From positions 1-50,988 of IMG/VR virus record IMGVR_UViG_3300037261_000025: a stretch of 50,988 nt of DNA. One strand, 5' to 3'. This document shows positions 15,063 to 25,255 of the stretch, piece by piece. The DNA comes from a virus (Duplodnaviria; Caudoviricetes). Position 1 is the first letter of the stretch; each line of letters opens with the position of its first letter. Under the pieces are notes generated by a model that worked only from the letters and a program-made list of their open reading frames with translations, had not been told where the DNA came from and made no database searches. Position numbers and translations under genes: made by a program.

Positions 15063-15298
15063 GATTTATCCTTGTCCAGTGTTTGCTGTTTCTGATTCAG
15101 CACTCGGGCAGCGACCTCGTGCATGATAACCACAGCACCGTAAGCAGCAACGAACCACTCGGTCAGAGTCCCGGTCTTTATCTCGTGACACAGGCCGTAT
15201 GTCAAGGCTGCTTTCCCGATGTTCGACCAAATCATCGTCTCCCGCAGCTTCCCTGTTTTGTGGTCCACCCATAAGTCGCGCCAGTGCCATTCACTCAT
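15059..15298 (-). CDS. Putative holin
   Basis: Two hydrophobic segments; D..TG.L..T..WSNIG; ATGA overlaps. Confidence 0.6.
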   Translation of the reverse strand: MSEWHWRDLWVDHKTGKLRETMIWSNIGKAALTYGLCHEIKTGTLTEWFVAAYGAVVIMHEVAARVLNQKQQTLDKDKS

Positions 15299-15711
15299 TT
15301 GTGTATCGCCTTCAGAAGTTCTTGGACAAACCCGCTCCACATCCACGCGGCGAACAGCCCCAGCAGCCCGAGCCCCGCCCATTTTGCCCCCGCGATTCGC
15401 ATCTCCTTCCAAAACTCAGCTTGTTCCTCAGCCTTGCGGATCGCCGCCTCATGGGCACGCCGGTGTCCATCCCAGTCACCATCGGGTACGGCTTGCTGCG
15501 CGATCTTCTCCAGAGTGGCATCAAGGTCTATGCGGTAACTCTCCATGTGGTCTGACACTTTCTGGTCGAGATGCACCAGCCCTGCATAAGTGCGCTTCAC
15601 CAGCGCCAGTACGGGATCATTCAATCGGCGTTGCGGGTGCCCCGGATGCGTGTCCTCAAACCCGTCGAATGGTGACGGCGCAGTCTCACCAAAGATGTCT
15701 TGTTCACTCAT
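15295..15711 (-). CDS. Membrane-anchored lysis-region protein (holin/antiholin-like)
   Basis: Single C-terminal TM (WAGLGLLGLFAAWMW). Confidence 0.6.
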   Translation of the reverse strand: MSEQDIFGETAPSPFDGFEDTHPGHPQRRLNDPVLALVKRTYAGLVHLDQKVSDHMESYRIDLDATLEKIAQQAVPDGDWDGHRRAHEAAIRKAEEQAEFWKEMRIAGAKWAGLGLLGLFAAWMWSGFVQELLKAIHK

Positions 15712-15753
15712 TTCAGAAACGTAGCTCCATAGAGTATTGCAGGAACGCCTAGA

Positions 15754-16011
15754 TTACGTGGGCTCAACTGGGCCACCGCCGCCGCCAACGTTGACGACCG
15801 CGCCAAGCGCCACCGGCTGAGCAGGCTGAGGCGGCAACGACTCGGGAAACAGGTGATGCCAGTTCGACAGGATGTCTGACTTCAGCACTTCGATTTCCGC
15901 TTCTAGCCAAGGCTTGGCAGACGCTACGGCAGCTTCGAGCTTCGCTTTTTCTAGAGCTAGATCGCCCTCGATTGCAGCGATGCGGGTTTGGATGCTTTGA
16001 ATGATATTCAT
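15754..16011 (-). CDS. Hypothetical protein
   Basis: AAGGA RBS; N-terminal coiled coil. Confidence 0.7.
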   Translation of the reverse strand: MNIIQSIQTRIAAIEGDLALEKAKLEAAVASAKPWLEAEIEVLKSDILSNWHHLFPESLPPQPAQPVALGAVVNVGGGGGPVEPT

Positions 16012-16020
16012 GGGTTTCCT

Positions 16021-16332
16021 TTAGTGTAAATAAGTCAACGAGAGAATTATTGCAGGTATCGCGGCTGTTACAACGGTCTTTCCGACACACATGAACAAAG
16101 ACTCGTTCTTCGGTGGCATGAAGTCACCCACCTTTTTCACGGCACACAGTCCACCGACGAGCACCGTAGCTATGAGGAAACAGAATTGCCACGGGAATGC
16201 AAATTGGTGGATACCTACGCCGATTAGGACGCCAAGACCACCGCCGTAGGCAAAGTGATTGACCCACGCGCCCCCAGGTAGTTGCGGAACGGAGTCAAGT
16301 AAAGCCGAAAGTTTGGCCAGTGATGTGTTCAT
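16021..16332 (-). CDS. Small membrane protein (3 hydrophobic segments)
   Basis: NHFAYG then hydrophobic helices; ATGA overlap. Confidence 0.7.
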   Translation of the reverse strand: MNTSLAKLSALLDSVPQLPGGAWVNHFAYGGGLGVLIGVGIHQFAFPWQFCFLIATVLVGGLCAVKKVGDFMPPKNESLFMCVGKTVVTAAIPAIILSLTYLH

Positions 16333-17657
16333 TGTGCGATTCCTAGAGTGTGAGAGCCACCCAACGCGGCGCGTAGGTAAGTCTTGGTGGAGTAATTCAC
16401 GGGGGTGATCGAGCCGAACTGTGCCCCATACTGCACTGGTGAGTTCGCGTACACCACAGTGGTTGTGACGGTGATCACTGGCGGGGCGTTGATAATAATG
16501 CTGCTGTATTGGTAGTTAATCGTCGTCAAAGACGCGATTTCCAGAGTACTGTTTTGATTTGCGTAGATATTGCTCGGAACACGGGTGGTCAGCAGCACCG
16601 CGCTGAACGAGTATGGCACTGTGGTGCCTGTCCCAAGCTGGCCGCTGACGTTCGCGCCCTGTACGGCCATCAGAGTATATCCACTTACACCAGGAACACC
16701 AGTCCCATGCGCGGTGCACACAGTATGATTATCCCCGCACGCGGCGGATAGATACGTGTAACCTAAGAACAGCCCGGTCATTCTGATTCTCGTGGGGGAC
16801 ATGTAGTATGCAGGCCAAACTGGTATGAACCCGCCCTGTGCCATCTGCCCGTTTGAATTAGACCCCCAGCTCCATAGAGACCCGTCCGCTTTGACGACCG
16901 CTGAGTGAGCACCGCCACATGCGGACGTCACAGGGGCTGCGGCATTGAGCCAGTCCGTAAGTACACCAACCTGAGTCAATGTGCTGCGGTTCGTCGTGTC
17001 CCCCTGCCCAAGTTGACCGCTTGAATTGAGCCCGCACATCCACAACGTGCCGTCTTGCTTAATCGCCAAACTGAACCCATTGCCCGTGCAGATTGCGGCC
17101 CAGGTAGTCAGTGCACCGATCTGCGTAGGGCTCAGGATATTTCCCGCTGGCGCGGTGCCGCACTGACCGTAGGTGTTGTCCCCCCAAGCCCATAAAGTGC
17201 CGTCCGTCTTGATAGCCAGCGCGTGGGTGTAGCGGCAGGATACTGACTGCCAAGTGGTCAGCGCTCCAATCTGAGTAGGGACGGTGAGTTGTGTGGTGTT
17301 GCCCTGGCCCAGTTGCCCGAATGAATTACCGCCCCATGACCACAGCGTACCAGTGCCTTTGATGGCATGGCTGCTGACTGTGCCCGCACCAAGTGCTTGC
17401 CACTCTTTAACAGCGCCTATCTGCACAGGGCTTGCAGGGGCCACGGCCACCAGAGATCCATTGCCGCACTGTCCGTTCGTGTTCGCACCCCAAGCCCAGA
17501 GCGTTCCGAGCGAAGTGCTCCCGCTGGGGGCCACGGGTGGAGGGCTAACCGCTGGCACGCTACCCGCTTGCAGTTGCAGCATTTGGTCAAGGCCCCATAC
17601 GCCTGCTGTACTTGGCGGGGAGGAACTGATATTGCTACCTAAACAACGGAGGGACAT
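16329..17657 (-). CDS. RCC1/BLIP-II repeat beta-propeller protein (tail or receptor-binding candidate)
   Basis: Repeated AIK.DGTLW.WG.N..GQLG. Confidence 0.85.
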   Translation of the reverse strand: MSLRCLGSNISSSPPSTAGVWGLDQMLQLQAGSVPAVSPPPVAPSGSTSLGTLWAWGANTNGQCGNGSLVAVAPASPVQIGAVKEWQALGAGTVSSHAIKGTGTLWSWGGNSFGQLGQGNTTQLTVPTQIGALTTWQSVSCRYTHALAIKTDGTLWAWGDNTYGQCGTAPAGNILSPTQIGALTTWAAICTGNGFSLAIKQDGTLWMCGLNSSGQLGQGDTTNRSTLTQVGVLTDWLNAAAPVTSACGGAHSAVVKADGSLWSWGSNSNGQMAQGGFIPVWPAYYMSPTRIRMTGLFLGYTYLSAACGDNHTVCTAHGTGVPGVSGYTLMAVQGANVSGQLGTGTTVPYSFSAVLLTTRVPSNIYANQNSTLEIASLTTINYQYSSIIINAPPVITVTTTVVYANSPVQYGAQFGSITPVNYSTKTYLRAALGGSHTLGIAQ

Positions 17658-17659
17658 AG

Positions 17660-18838
17660 TCAGGCTCTCGTGAAGACAGACAGCGCTGCGACCAGCTGAC
17701 TACCTGCATAGACAGTAGATAAGTCGGGGCTGATCGCGATACCATAACCATTGTTTGTCGAAGCTATGGTCGCCGGGGTCATCAGTGTTAGCACACTTGA
17801 TGTCAGATTTCTACTGAACTGTGATATCGTGCTCAGTGCACCGTTAACATTAAGTGAATATAGATTCAGGTTATCTCCACTGACACAAATGTTGAACGAG
17901 GTGGCTCCTGTCTGTCCGGTGGGAATAGTGGCCGGGGACAAAGCTGTCAACAGCCCGGTTGCCGGGTCCCTACCGAATTGGGATATTGTGAGTGCTGAGG
18001 TCGACGACACATACACCCCTAGTCCGTCTGGACTTATCGCAATGTCCTTGCTGTTTGTAGCCAGTGCGGTCGTTGGAGTACCCAACGCTGTCAACAAACC
18101 TGTGGAAGTATTTCTAGAGAACTGGTAAATCAGGGTGTTCGACGAGCTGACACTGTACACATGTGCCCCATCAGGGCTGACCACTAATGATTGCCCGGAG
18201 ACCCCGGAATATGAAGCTACGGAGGGTGGAACTAGTGCTGCGAGCGCTCCTGTAGTCGGATTACGAGACATCTGATAGACGCCACCAGAATACCCGCCGA
18301 AATATAAAGACAGTCCGTCCGGTGACATGCACATCTCGCGTGTGCTCGAACCTCCGGTATTCGCAGAGATGGTGCCGCCTGCCGTAAGCAATCCAGTGGC
18401 GGTATCACGGGAGAACTGCTGGATGACAAAGGCGCCGTACCCGAGGACGTAGAAGAATTTTCCATCCGGACTGATGAGGGCGCCGGATGCGATTCCAGGA
18501 CAACTGACCGTGGCGGGAGTCAGTGGGGTCAATGTACCATTGGCGGTGTTTCTTGAGAATTGCGCGACCACTGACCCTGATTCTTGGATCACATACACGA
18601 ACTTACTGTCAGGACTTACGACGATGTTCATTGGCTGCGTTCCACCAGCAACTGTAACAGTTGCTGGTGTGGCCGCAGCCAACAGACCACCATAAACTAA
18701 TGTGTGGGGCCAATTCCCCGATTTAAGATACGGAAATACTTGGCCGAGCGTCCACATCCCTGGCGCGGCACCGAGAAGCCCCCCGACAGGAATTACCGGG
18801 GTTTTTGTGATCAGGCCACCAACCCAGCGCTCAGTCAT
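17660..18838 (-). CDS. Lactonase/YncE-like beta-propeller protein (tail or receptor-binding candidate)
   Basis: Repeated SPDG..VY and QFSR..TG.LT blades. Confidence 0.82.
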   Translation of the reverse strand: MTERWVGGLITKTPVIPVGGLLGAAPGMWTLGQVFPYLKSGNWPHTLVYGGLLAAATPATVTVAGGTQPMNIVVSPDSKFVYVIQESGSVVAQFSRNTANGTLTPLTPATVSCPGIASGALISPDGKFFYVLGYGAFVIQQFSRDTATGLLTAGGTISANTGGSSTREMCMSPDGLSLYFGGYSGGVYQMSRNPTTGALAALVPPSVASYSGVSGQSLVVSPDGAHVYSVSSSNTLIYQFSRNTSTGLLTALGTPTTALATNSKDIAISPDGLGVYVSSTSALTISQFGRDPATGLLTALSPATIPTGQTGATSFNICVSGDNLNLYSLNVNGALSTISQFSRNLTSSVLTLMTPATIASTNNGYGIAISPDLSTVYAGSQLVAALSVFTRA

Positions 18839-18840
18839 GA

Positions 18841-19215
18841 TTACTGCATCACTTCGTAAGAAGCGGTGTAGCTGAGGCCACTGGCTGTGCCGGATTGAAC
18901 AACCAAAGACTGGTTCTCGTTAAGATAGACCGTAGTGGTCTTGTCAACGATGATCAACGACGCACTGATTGGCACTGGTACTGCGCTGGCTATGGGGTAG
19001 CTGGTGCCCGCGCCGGACGCCAAGGAATTGATGGCTAGCGTAGCATTGACCGTGGCCGCGCCGTTGACATTGGCCGCTACCACCTGATTCACTTTGAGTA
19101 GCTGATTCGACCCGATGGCGTTTGCTACCAGTACGTTGGCCGTGGTGTTGGCAGGGGTCAACTCGGCATTGGTGCCGGTGATGCTCGTAAGGTTGAGTAA
19201 ATTCGGAGTTGTCAT
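18841..19215 (-). CDS. Putative virion or tail accessory protein
   Basis: AAGGA RBS; beta-rich composition; position in the tail region. Confidence 0.7.
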   Translation of the reverse strand: MTTPNLLNLTSITGTNAELTPANTTANVLVANAIGSNQLLKVNQVVAANVNGAATVNATLAINSLASGAGTSYPIASAVPVPISASLIIVDKTTTVYLNENQSLVVQSGTASGLSYTASYEVMQ

Positions 19216-19224
19216 GGTGAGTCC

Positions 19225-20187
19225 TTAAAGTCCAAAGATCATCGCCATGGCGAGCGCCCGGCTATTACTGAGCACCGCCGTGCTTACTGTCTGCCGCACA
19301 AGAATTTGTGTGGCACCTGGAAGCACGACCACTTGACTTACCCAGCCGCTGGTCACGTCGCCCGCCACAAGGGCGGTATACCCCCCTGCGGATGTCCCTT
19401 TGACCAGCGGTAGTGCGGCCAGTCCGCTGATCGCCAGCGTGGGTGACGCGCCGCAAGTAGAGTTAAAGGTCACATCGAAGTGCATGCCTGCCGGGGTCGC
19501 GGCAATTGCGGGTGACGGGGTGAGCGTATATGCGGTTGAAGTGCCGCCCGTAGTGAACGCCACCGGTGTCTGGGCTTGATAGGTAGCGCTACTCAACACC
19601 GTGGCCGGTAGGCTGGTGGGGGACGCGCTCAAGATACTGTACTGCATCACCGACGCGCCAGAGTCCAGCGCGATGCTATCATTGGTGACCACTACGGTGG
19701 TGATCCCGGCCCCGAAGCTACTGGACACAATAGTGCCGTAAGCCAACCCGCCAGAGACCGTGAGCTTGACCCGACGCAGCGCTTGCAGGATTGCGGTCTG
19801 GTCGCCAGTCACCGAGAAGCTGGTGGCGCTGATATAGGTTGGAACACCGCCCAACAGCCATTCGGCAGCGTTCACCTGAGTGTAAGACGCATCGTTGATG
19901 CCGGACACGTTGTCCATCGAATAACCGATCTGGTTGCCCAGAGAATCAGTGATGACGAACTTGTACTTGGTTCCGGCTGCGAGCCATATTTCTTGTTGAG
20001 GTCTGCCACCCGCATCGAGTTGCATTGGATTCGCATTGGCCACGCCCTGGGACGGGTCTGTCCAAGTAGGGGCCAATGATGTTGACCCAGCCAAATAAGT
20101 CCAGAGTTGCCCGCCAGCAGCAGGGAGCCCGGAATTGGTGAAAACCTGAGCGCCTGCCCCGAAGAATGGTGCGAGAAATGCGCTCAT
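19225..20187 (-). CDS. Tail fibre or tailspike with head-binding-like N-terminus
   Basis: FT..G.P.AGG.L.TY.AG....TW.D.....NANP..LD..GR; Thr/Ser-rich. Confidence 0.72.
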   Translation of the reverse strand: MSAFLAPFFGAGAQVFTNSGLPAAGGQLWTYLAGSTSLAPTWTDPSQGVANANPMQLDAGGRPQQEIWLAAGTKYKFVITDSLGNQIGYSMDNVSGINDASYTQVNAAEWLLGGVPTYISATSFSVTGDQTAILQALRRVKLTVSGGLAYGTIVSSSFGAGITTVVVTNDSIALDSGASVMQYSILSASPTSLPATVLSSATYQAQTPVAFTTGGTSTAYTLTPSPAIAATPAGMHFDVTFNSTCGASPTLAISGLAALPLVKGTSAGGYTALVAGDVTSGWVSQVVVLPGATQILVRQTVSTAVLSNSRALAMAMIFGL

Positions 20188-21521
20188 GTTGCGGCCTCAT
20201 ATTCAAAATGGGTGGCGTACCCGTGCTTGTGGAAGTCCGGCAATTGCTTTTCCATGCTCTCGCCCACATCGTCCCGCAGACCCATGTTGCTGATGTGGAG
20301 TTGCTTCGCTGTCTTATAAGCCCGTTCAGCCGCCTGCTTCACATCTTTGCCGTACCCCGTCACCACCATCACATAATCGCCGGAAGTGTTCCATGTCGGG
20401 CGCTTCACAACCTTTTCGCCCTCCATGTCAGGCATGATGTCGATCTTGATGGATTGCGGGTGCAGGTGCTTCTTGTTGCCCTTGGTTACCCCGTAAACAG
20501 GAACGCCGGACACTTCTTTCTTTGTGGCATTTCCGTGGGGAAAGTCACCGTGAACGAGCACGATGCAGCAACCAATGTCTTTCTTGAATGTGGTCGTGTC
20601 CTTGCCCTTGAGTGCGTCGATCATCCACTGGGCGGGATCACCTTCAATGGACCCCAACATCATATTGAATATGGGCCAACCGGGGCGGCAAGTCCATTCA
20701 AGGACCCATGCCTTGCCGTCTTTGTCGATCATGAACCCGATCGCGACATCACCACTATGTCCGTGCTTGAGAAGCTCTTTCTCCAACTTGGCGAGTGTTT
20801 CTTCCCCAAGTTTGGATTTTTCGACAAACGCCGCGATGGTCCCCATCTCACCTGTGTTGGGGCCGAAATTTCCGGACATCAGCTTCTTGTGCTCGAAGGA
20901 TTCGTTATATGGTCCCACGAAGCCATCACGCCCGAACCAACGGCTAACCCCAAGTTCCATGCCGCCGTCCACAAAGTCCTGCAGCATCACATCGCCCTTG
21001 GGCTCTTGCTTCAGGCCGACCATTCGATCGATCCATCCAATCATATCAGCAGGGCTTTTGGAGCAATACGTCAACGCTTTGTTTTCATTGTCCCCCATCG
21101 TCTTGAAAACGAAACGCTTGCTTGTCTCTTCAACATGCTTCTTGGCCTCAGACATGTTCTTGAATGTCTTGTAGGGTGCGACATTCAATCCCGCCGCCGC
21201 GCAGATGTCCAGTCCAGTTTTACGGTCAATTTCGAGCTTTGCGCTTTCAGGGCTAGGTCCGAACACTGGAGCACCGCGTTTTTTGAAGAACGCCAAGCGT
21301 TCGATGAACATGTCATTGGATGTCGGGAAAATAAGGTCCGCCCATTTCACATGGGATACCCAGTTCGCGACCTTTTCAATCCCCTTGAACCCGTCGCCGG
21401 TCTGTTTTGAGATTGAAGGCTTGTCGGCAAGGAACCACTTCACCTCATGTCCGGCCTGGACGCAACGCCACGCGAAGGACAAACCAACTCCATCGCTGTC
21501 AATGATCAGGATTTTTGCCAT
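20184..21521 (-). CDS. PurD (GAR synthetase)-like ATP-grasp ligase
   Basis: FGPS..SA.LE, EHKKL..G..GPNTGEMG, LEWT.R.G.P; lacks GGREH. Confidence 0.8.
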   Translation of the reverse strand: MAKILIIDSDGVGLSFAWRCVQAGHEVKWFLADKPSISKQTGDGFKGIEKVANWVSHVKWADLIFPTSNDMFIERLAFFKKRGAPVFGPSPESAKLEIDRKTGLDICAAAGLNVAPYKTFKNMSEAKKHVEETSKRFVFKTMGDNENKALTYCSKSPADMIGWIDRMVGLKQEPKGDVMLQDFVDGGMELGVSRWFGRDGFVGPYNESFEHKKLMSGNFGPNTGEMGTIAAFVEKSKLGEETLAKLEKELLKHGHSGDVAIGFMIDKDGKAWVLEWTCRPGWPIFNMMLGSIEGDPAQWMIDALKGKDTTTFKKDIGCCIVLVHGDFPHGNATKKEVSGVPVYGVTKGNKKHLHPQSIKIDIMPDMEGEKVVKRPTWNTSGDYVMVVTGYGKDVKQAAERAYKTAKQLHISNMGLRDDVGESMEKQLPDFHKHGYATHFEYEAAT

Positions 21522-23500
21522 TATTGAAGAGTCTCCTTGACTTGCTTGCCTATTTTATGCGACTTATGGGCTTGCTTTGCGTATTTTGCCACCGTGGCTA
21601 CGGGCAGCGGGAGGCCAAAGTGACTACTCGCGATCGTGTCAATCATCGCCGAGATAACCGTCGCTGTGTTGGATGTGTTCACTGCGTCAGGCACTGCAAC
21701 GAAGATATCCTTCACGATGCCGTTCATGTCGCGGATTTTCTCTGCGCCTTTCTTGCCGAACAGGAAGTCTAGCTTGCCGTCTTTGTCCATTTCTCGCACC
21801 CACGCATCCAGCTTCGCAGGTGATGGTACCGGCGTGCCGCGCTCGTCTCGGCCAACGTTCTTTGTGACTTCGTCGCGCACATTGCGCAGCGCGGCCCCCT
21901 GGATCTCTGACCATGCTTGCTTACCTGCGTCACCCCCTGCAAGTAGAGACGTACGCACCTGTTCAATAGAATCGAGTGGAGCCTTGAGAATGTGGTCGAC
22001 TACACGTTCCGTGGCAACAGAAGCATCGGTAGTGCCTGGCTTTGACGCGAGCAACTGCTTCACCAGACCTTGACGCTCGAACTCGGCTCCGTACTGCGCT
22101 CGCAATTTGCGCGCAGCTTTGTACAGATCACCACCGGCGTATTCGGTAGAACCGTCAATGAGCTTTTTCATCGCGATTCCGTGCACATCGTCTGGTGTGC
22201 CTGGTGTGATATTTTTATTGATCAGCTTGCGTATGTCTTCCAGTTGGTTGATTGGGAGAGTTCCTTTTCCCGTAGGGTCGTTCTTGGCGATTTGCTCCTC
22301 GACTACCTTGGTGATAGGGGCGAGCTTGTCTTTCACCGTAGGCGTTAAGTCTTCAAGATACACCTGAAGTGCCCCGTAAGGCACTTCCTCTGCCATATGG
22401 CCGGATTCCTCCGCATCCTTGTACGCTTTGCTGATGGCGTTTCTCGCTGACTTTGCACGCGTCATGAGAGCACCCTTCACAGCGGAACCTGCGCCATGTC
22501 GGTCTGTGGCGAACGCTCCCGTATTATCGACCCATGCGTCAAAATTACCGATTACCTGCTGACGAAGGTCTGCCATGCGCTCGCGAATGGGTTGCCCCTC
22601 GATTGGCATCTTCGCGGTTTCCTTTTCGAACCTCTGATCTGCAAAGTCCCGGCTCTTCATTCCCTTGGTCAGCGCCATCGGAACATCCATGCTCTTTGCT
22701 CGCATGTCTCGCACGGTGGCCTGATCTACGCCAGAGGCCCCCACGGATCCAGGTCTTGGCGCTTGGTCACGTGCATTTGCTGTGATGTTTATTGTGGGTG
22801 GAGATTTGGTGAGTGCTTCTGCTGAGCTTATAGCTGGTTTCTTGGCCAGAGCGGACCCTAATTCAGCGGCGCTTGGAACCTTCACTGGGGATTTCAGTGT
22901 CAGCGCACCAACCATTGGAACTACTGCACCACCGATGGCTTCTCCGGCAGCTTCATTGCCAAAGGAGCGGCCAGCAGCGCCGCCAATCTTCGTCCAACCT
23001 TCAGATGCCATTTCAAACGGAGCGGCGACGGCCTGAGACAACTTTTTACCTTCAGGTGACTCTGGCTGGTATGCGCCTTGTTGGACCGATTTCACGACAT
23101 TTGCACCTTTGTCCATCGCCGTATCGAAGTCCTCGCCAGCACCTCCGAATGTCGCTGGTGTCATTCCGTACATAGCACGACCCGCCCCGGCAAGTCCGCC
23201 GACGATTGATCGACCCAACCCCGAAGCCATGGTGTGCGCCGTCTCCACGACAGCGTTTGCGGCTTTTTGTGCGCCAGCGGCAGTAGCTTTTTGCTCTTCT
23301 CGAGTCGGTGTGGCGCGGACCTTCGGGCGCGTCATATCAGGAATAGGCGTGTTGTCGTCCCATTCGCTGACGTCGTGGGATGTGTCCTCTGGCGCGGCTT
23401 GAAGGTGCGTCGGCATGTCATCCGCAGGAACTGCCTGCAGATGATCCGGCATGTCTTCGACTGGAACAGGCTTGGCAGAGCTGGTCATTGTTTTCACCAT
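21521..23500 (-). CDS. Internal virion (DNA ejection) protein
   Basis: Large helical Ala-rich protein; third of three large genes after the gp10-like gene. Confidence 0.7.
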   Translation of the reverse strand: MVKTMTSSAKPVPVEDMPDHLQAVPADDMPTHLQAAPEDTSHDVSEWDDNTPIPDMTRPKVRATPTREEQKATAAGAQKAANAVVETAHTMASGLGRSIVGGLAGAGRAMYGMTPATFGGAGEDFDTAMDKGANVVKSVQQGAYQPESPEGKKLSQAVAAPFEMASEGWTKIGGAAGRSFGNEAAGEAIGGAVVPMVGALTLKSPVKVPSAAELGSALAKKPAISSAEALTKSPPTINITANARDQAPRPGSVGASGVDQATVRDMRAKSMDVPMALTKGMKSRDFADQRFEKETAKMPIEGQPIRERMADLRQQVIGNFDAWVDNTGAFATDRHGAGSAVKGALMTRAKSARNAISKAYKDAEESGHMAEEVPYGALQVYLEDLTPTVKDKLAPITKVVEEQIAKNDPTGKGTLPINQLEDIRKLINKNITPGTPDDVHGIAMKKLIDGSTEYAGGDLYKAARKLRAQYGAEFERQGLVKQLLASKPGTTDASVATERVVDHILKAPLDSIEQVRTSLLAGGDAGKQAWSEIQGAALRNVRDEVTKNVGRDERGTPVPSPAKLDAWVREMDKDGKLDFLFGKKGAEKIRDMNGIVKDIFVAVPDAVNTSNTATVISAMIDTIASSHFGLPLPVATVAKYAKQAHKSHKIGKQVKETLQ

Positions 23501-25248
23501 TTCATATCAGGTAAAGGCGTGTTGTCATCCCACTCGCTTGTTGAGTACACCCAAGCACCATTTTTGAATACCATCGGCTTGCCTGACTTTGATACGCTTG
23601 TCGCGCCTTCCTTTGTCGTAACTGATCCTCCGAGCGCCTTAATTTCACGTTGAATGCCTTCAATGTCGGATTGTGCTCGCGCTTTTGCCGATGGGTCTGT
23701 CGCGGTGGCGGCTTCCTTTTGCGCCTTAACCAACTCTTGGTTCATGATCTCAAGTTGGCCAGACTTTGCGTCTGATCCGGGACCGTGCTTCGGGGTGAGT
23801 TTCTCGCGCACCGCCTCCGAACCTTGGACGTTGGCCTTCACTTCCTTCTCCACCATAGCCAGCGCGGCCTCGTATGCCTCTTTTGATTCCGCCGTTTGCA
23901 GCAGGTGCATTGCCTCGTTCAGCGCGGTGACGTTTGATCCTCCTCGGCTGATGACCTGCTGGTACTCGCTGGCGATGCCTTGGTTTGCGATCTTGAGCGC
24001 TTTTAGGTTTGGGTCGCTGAGTTTTGCGTCTCCATATTGCATGAGTTGGTTCCACGGAACAAACGATCCACGGTCCACCTTGGCAGAGGCTTCGCGTGCG
24101 TTGGCGATGAGGCGCGGGATTGTCGCTTCGACCGACACCATTGATCCGGCACGGTGCCCGGATGTCACAGCTGCAGCAAGGTCGAACTTACGCTGCGCCT
24201 GGCCGCTTGCGACGTCTTCCGCCGTAATTCCCATGGACGCCGCCCACTTGATGACGTTTTGCTGATAGGTCTTGTCCAGTCCGCGCAGGCTGGACGGATT
24301 TTGAATCCATTGCCCAACGGCAAGCGATCGCTCCTTGTCGCCTATCTGCGATTCTGGGACGCCTTGCAGCTTGGCAGCAGCGGAGCCTGCGCCCTTTGAA
24401 AGCAGCATTTTCTTTTGCTCGTCGAACGATTCTTGCGTGATTTCGCCAGCGTCCAACTTGTCCTGAAGTGTGCTCAGCGCAAGTCCTTCCTTGCCCTGCT
24501 TCATGATTTCGGTTTGCGTCTCGGTCCTGTTTACCGATGCCTGTTCCTTCTTGAGGTCGAGAGCGGCTTTTGTGACGGCTGACTGATGGCTGATCACGTC
24601 CCGGCTGTGCGACCACTGTTCCGGTGTCCACTGCGCCATGGCGGCGAGTCGTTCAGGCGGAATTCGTGGCTGTTTAGTCACTGGATCGATGTCGTTTTTG
24701 CGCATCTCAAGGGCTGCAGCTTTTGCCGCTTCGAACGCAGCCGCAGCTTCTTCCGTTGACTTCCCGCTTGACAAAGCATCTTGATACGCAGTCACCGGCC
24801 CAGCCATGTCTCTACCGAGTTCAGCGAGTTGCTCTTTTTGTTGGTTAAGCTGGCGCTCGTCAAGTGCTGCGAGTTTGATCTTTGCGGTGTCGGTGGACGC
24901 AGTCAGGTCTGATTTTCTCTTGATCAGGTCTTGCATCCCCTTGGGGCTGAGTTGTGGACCAACTTCCTTAATCAGTTGGTCCATACCTTCAGGGCTCGCC
25001 ATGTTGATGCCAGAGGCTTGTGCGGCCTTCAAGATCGCAGTATCACTGGCCTCAGTGTCGCGGGCAGTTTGAGCCTGATTGTATTCACCGATCCCCTCCG
25101 CCAACGAATATGCCTGCGCGGCATTCTTCATCGGGTCGATGATCGGGAATGGCTTGACTCCCATCGGGATATTGGGATCAACCGGCGTCAAATGTTGCGG
25201 CATGATGCCGACCGAGGCACCTTCAGCGGGGAGGTTGTAGTCTGGCAT
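23494..25248 (-). CDS. Internal virion (DNA ejection) protein
   Basis: Helical and Ala/Gln-rich; C-terminal SKSGKPMVFKNGAWVY. Confidence 0.7.
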   Translation of the reverse strand: MPDYNLPAEGASVGIMPQHLTPVDPNIPMGVKPFPIIDPMKNAAQAYSLAEGIGEYNQAQTARDTEASDTAILKAAQASGINMASPEGMDQLIKEVGPQLSPKGMQDLIKRKSDLTASTDTAKIKLAALDERQLNQQKEQLAELGRDMAGPVTAYQDALSSGKSTEEAAAAFEAAKAAALEMRKNDIDPVTKQPRIPPERLAAMAQWTPEQWSHSRDVISHQSAVTKAALDLKKEQASVNRTETQTEIMKQGKEGLALSTLQDKLDAGEITQESFDEQKKMLLSKGAGSAAAKLQGVPESQIGDKERSLAVGQWIQNPSSLRGLDKTYQQNVIKWAASMGITAEDVASGQAQRKFDLAAAVTSGHRAGSMVSVEATIPRLIANAREASAKVDRGSFVPWNQLMQYGDAKLSDPNLKALKIANQGIASEYQQVISRGGSNVTALNEAMHLLQTAESKEAYEAALAMVEKEVKANVQGSEAVREKLTPKHGPGSDAKSGQLEIMNQELVKAQKEAATATDPSAKARAQSDIEGIQREIKALGGSVTTKEGATSVSKSGKPMVFKNGAWVYSTSEWDDNTPLPDMKW

Positions 25249-25255
25249 GTTGGTC

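Noticed and set aside
20166-21410. 414-aa plus-strand ORF opposite the ATP-grasp gene
   Set aside because: No motifs or RBS; antisense shadow of a GC-biased gene
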